Shown here piece by piece: positions 61,756-64,000 of a stretch of DNA of 64,000 bases. Source of the stretch: Vicinamibacteria bacterium (GTDB lineage Bacteria; Acidobacteriota; Vicinamibacteria; Vicinamibacterales; JAENWD01). Made by a program: the position numbers and the translations under genes. The stretch covers positions 75,126 to 139,125 of the forward strand of contig CAVOPA010000017.1 in the NCBI GenBank assembly GCA_963697705.1, written 5' to 3'. Position 1 is the first letter of the stretch; each line of letters begins with the position of its first letter. The notes beneath the pieces were generated by a model, which was not told the origin of the DNA, ran no database searches, and worked only from the letters and a program-made list of their open reading frames with translations.

Positions 61756-62631
61756 ATGCTCGGCGGTCGGCGTCTATCGCTGTCCGCCCGCGCGTTCGCG
61801 ATGCCGGTCCTCACCCCCCTCGTCATGCTCGCGACCATCACGCTGGGCAGCGTGGCGGGCGTGGTCGGGACCCTGCTGGGCCTCGGCGGCGGCGTGTTCC
61901 TCGTGCCCTTCCTCGTGCTCGTCCTCGGCATGCCGTTCCAGGCGGCGGCGGCGATCAGCCTGACGACCGTCATCGCAACGTCGAGCGCCGTATCTGGCGC
62001 CGCCGCGGGACGACAGCTGATCAATCTCCGGCTCGGCATGCTGCTGGAAGTGGCCACGGCGGCGGGCGGGTTGCTGGGCGGCATCACCGCGCAGGTGCTG
62101 GCGCCGTCGACGCTGCGCAAGCTGTTCTCCGTGGTCGCGGTGCTCGCCGCCATCATGGTGCTCGGGCGGTTGCGGCACTCGAATTTCCTTATCGGCGACG
62201 ACCCTGACCCGGGCGCGCTCGGCGGGCAGTATCACGACGAGCGGCTCGGACGCGTCGTGACCTACCGGTTCAAGCGGATGCCGCTCGCCCTCGCCGCATC
62301 GTTCGTCGCCGGCAACGTGTCGTCCCTGTTGGGAGTGGGCGGCGGATTCATCAAAGTACCCGTGCTGAACGCGTGGTGCGGTGTACCGATGCGTGCCGCC
62401 GCCGCGACGAGCGCCTTCATGATCGGCGTCACCGCCAGCGCCGGGGCAGTGATCTACTACGGTCGCGGGACGCTCGTGCCGGCGTATGCGGCAGCGGCCG
62501 TCGTCGGCGTGCAGATCGGCTCTCGTCTGGGCCTGCGGATTGCCGCCCGCCTGAATGGGCTGTGGCTTCGCATCCTGCTGGTGATCGTGCTGTTCGCCGT
62601 CGCGGCAATGATGTACACGGGGGCGAGATGA
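61756..62631 (+). CDS. TauE/SafE (DUF81) family anion exporter
   Basis: Repeated GxGGG blocks (LLGLGGGVFLVPFLV; LLGVGGGFIKVPVL) in a 4+4 TM layout. The start is ATG 61756 or ATG 61801. Confidence 0.85.
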   Translation: MLGGRRLSLSARAFAMPVLTPLVMLATITLGSVAGVVGTLLGLGGGVFLVPFLVLVLGMPFQAAAAISLTTVIATSSAVSGAAAGRQLINLRLGMLLEVATAAGGLLGGITAQVLAPSTLRKLFSVVAVLAAIMVLGRLRHSNFLIGDDPDPGALGGQYHDERLGRVVTYRFKRMPLALAASFVAGNVSSLLGVGGGFIKVPVLNAWCGVPMRAAAATSAFMIGVTASAGAVIYYGRGTLVPAYAAAAVVGVQIGSRLGLRIAARLNGLWLRILLVIVLFAVAAMMYTGAR

Positions 62632-62924
62632 GCCAGGCCGACATGCGTCGTGCCGAGGTCGCACTCGGGCGCGTGCTCACCGTCGGGACGTGGGTGAGCA
62701 CCGCATGCCTCGCTGCCGGCCTCGCACTGACGTTCGCCGCCCCGGCGCGGCGGATCACGACTGTCCTGCTCACCGGCGGCCTCGTGGTGCTGTTGGCCAC
62801 GCCCGTCGCCCGCGTTGCGGTCTCGATCGCGGAGTTCGCACGGCAACGCGATTGGCCTTTCGTGCTCTACACGTCGGTCGTCCTCGCGCTCCTGCTCGGC
62901 AGCCTGCTCGCGGCGCTGATCTGA
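62628..62924 (+). CDS. DUF1634-like small membrane protein, the usual partner of TauE
   Basis: The ATG overlaps the TauE stop (ATGA). 98 aa with three hydrophobic helices. Confidence 0.65.
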   Translation: MSQADMRRAEVALGRVLTVGTWVSTACLAAGLALTFAAPARRITTVLLTGGLVVLLATPVARVAVSIAEFARQRDWPFVLYTSVVLALLLGSLLAALI

Positions 62925-63004
62925 GGGCTTCGCCGGAGGCGGATGGATCGCGGGTGTGCCTCGGCGTGGTTCGCGGCTGCATCCAGATTCGACCGGCCGC
63001 CCTC

Positions 63005-64000
63005 CTACACCGTGTTCGCCTCGAACAGTTCGAGCGCCGCCCGGCGCTCAATCGCAGGGACGAGCGGAAACGACGCGAGCACGTGCGCGAACTCCTCGCC
63101 GGTCAGGCCGTAGGCGCAGGCGCCGGCCGCGTGCATCGCCGCGGCGGCGTCGCGGTCGGCGGGGTGTTCGGCGAGCGCGCGGCCGCACTGCAGCAGGTCG
63201 CCGTGCAGCCTGCTGCCGGGCGCCGGGCGCGGCAGCGGCAACGCCTCCATCACGGCCAGCGAGACGTGTGTCGAGACGCGCAGCCGGACGAGGAAATTCG
63301 CCGGGTAGCTGTTGAACAGCGCGCAGAGCACCATCTGCTCGTCGATGTCGAGTGGCGTGCGCAGGCAGAAGAGCGTGTGCGTCGTGACACAACCGTCTGG
63401 CACAATGGCCGCGATGAGCGTCGTCTTGTTGGTGGCGCTGGCGACGTCACGGAAGGCGAGACGCTTGCGGCGGAACGTGCTCGCGGCGTCCAGCAGACGT
63501 GCCGCCGTGCCCGCCGGGATGCGCAGCGTGGCCGACGCGGTGTCGACCGCGAACGGGTGCACGTGCTTCCCTTCGATGATCGGCAGGCCGCGCCCGCCGG
63601 ACTTGAAGTGTTGCCGATCGTCGCTGGCGTTCAACTCGCGCCCGAAGCGCACGTGCCAGCCGGCCGCGGAGCCGAGCGGCGGGTGGCCGCGGGCTGCTTT
63701 CTCCAGGATGGCAAGATCGAGCGGCGCGCGCAGGTCAGGGATGGCAAGCCCTGGCCCCGACAGCCGCTCGAGCAGTGCGGGCGTCAGAGCGAACCAGCCA
63801 GGTGCTCCGGCCGCCGGCGGGGTCTCGCCGAGCGCGTCGAGCGCCGCCGGATCCTGCAGGCCGAAGCGGCAGCGCACGCGCGCCGTTTCGCCGCCCCGGG
63901 TCGCCGTCAGCAGCACGAAGCGCACGCTTCGGTGAATCGGGAAGACGCCCGCGCGGTTGTCGAACCCGACGATCGAGTCGACGCGGCACTGGCGCAGCAG
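63005..64000 (-). CDS. C-terminal part of a restriction-modification-type DNA methyltransferase (Eco57I/Alw26I/TaqI-like C-terminal specificity region); the gene continues beyond the right edge
   Basis: The frame is open from 64000 down to the stop at 63005 (hand translation upstream of the track ORF: LLRQCRVDSIVGFDNRAGVFPIHRSVRFVLLTA...). Blocks FGRELNASDD, LPIIEGKHVHPF, RLAFRDVASATNKTTLIAAIVP and LFNSYPANFLVR resemble the target-recognition region of type IIG/IIS-associated N6-adenine methylases. The catalytic domain is not in the window. Confidence 0.5.
   Translation of the reverse strand: MLRQCRVDSIVGFDNRAGVFPIHRSVRFVLLTATRGGETARVRCRFGLQDPAALDALGETPPAAGAPGWFALTPALLERLSGPGLAIPDLRAPLDLAILEKAARGHPPLGSAAGWHVRFGRELNASDDRQHFKSGGRGLPIIEGKHVHPFAVDTASATLRIPAGTAARLLDAASTFRRKRLAFRDVASATNKTTLIAAIVPDGCVTTHTLFCLRTPLDIDEQMVLCALFNSYPANFLVRLRVSTHVSLAVMEALPLPRPAPGSRLHGDLLQCGRALAEHPADRDAAAAMHAAGACAYGLTGEEFAHVLASFPLVPAIERRAALELFEANTV

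Noticed and set aside
1-64000. Mobile elements (IS, integrase, tRNA-flanked island) or a clear compositional island
   Set aside because: No transposase, integrase or recombinase motifs were seen in any frame of the track. No long terminal inverted repeats or direct-repeat flanks were recognised. The only A+T-richer stretches are short promoter gaps.

Overview
This is a bacterial chromosomal segment that looks very G+C-rich by eye (not computed). The gene content points to an Acidobacteriota-like soil bacterium, which is an inference: an ADOP-type duplicated FtsX permease, a Ser/Thr kinase with TPR repeats, NHL and PD40 beta-propeller fusions, and a DUF1080 protein. I can support about 50 protein-coding genes on both strands. 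I found no rRNA, tRNA, CRISPR array, transposase or integrase.

Gene content, left to right:
- GNAT acetyltransferase (partial), a GcvT-like aminomethyltransferase, and a GH5/jelly-roll/TolB fusion protein.
- coaA, then amt-glnK.
- A DUF3618/Holin-X stress cluster.
- A SufE-rhodanese pair, DUF1080, a HIBADH-type oxidoreductase, a BON-LEA-BON protein, and dut.
- An RND efflux pair.
- A five-gene TonB-receptor/YfiR/histidine-kinase/response-regulator/hybrid-kinase operon.
- An NHL-M23 peptidase and an ABC-F ATPase.
- A glycosidase plus beta-lactamase-fold hydrolase pair, an ADOP permease, an SGNH hydrolase, a histidine phosphatase, and a Ser/Thr kinase.
- A four-gene Ras-like GTPase operon.
- An IMPDH-family gene, an FMN reductase, an MFS transporter, HAD hydrolases, a Rieske oxygenase, amidohydrolases, an APC permease, PanE-like, and TauE/DUF1634.
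- At the right edge, the C-terminal part of an R-M-type DNA methyltransferase.

Best candidate for an undescribed system: the translationally coupled operon at 43979-47438. It encodes a coiled-coil protein, a membrane protein with a cytosolic Roadblock-like domain and a periplasmic OmpA domain, a Ras/Rab-like GTPase whose switch II lacks the catalytic Gln, and an unknown 199-aa protein.

Second-tier observations:
- Intergenic elements built from 7-nt tandem units occur at 15021-15115, 18848-18975, 30992-31060, 49054-49266 and 49869-49987. They often form inverted arrays, and some can form G-quadruplexes.
- A GTAGYG-hairpin REP-like family includes a 6-copy tandem array at 51896-52085.
- LEA-like 11-mer repeats lie between the two BON domains.

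Caveat: at least five otherwise conserved genes carry apparent single-base frameshifts or lost stop codons (amt, dut, an amidohydrolase, the kinase 3' end, the DUF1080 3' end). I read this as indel errors in the assembly rather than biology. All function calls come from reading motifs in the supplied translations. No database search was run.
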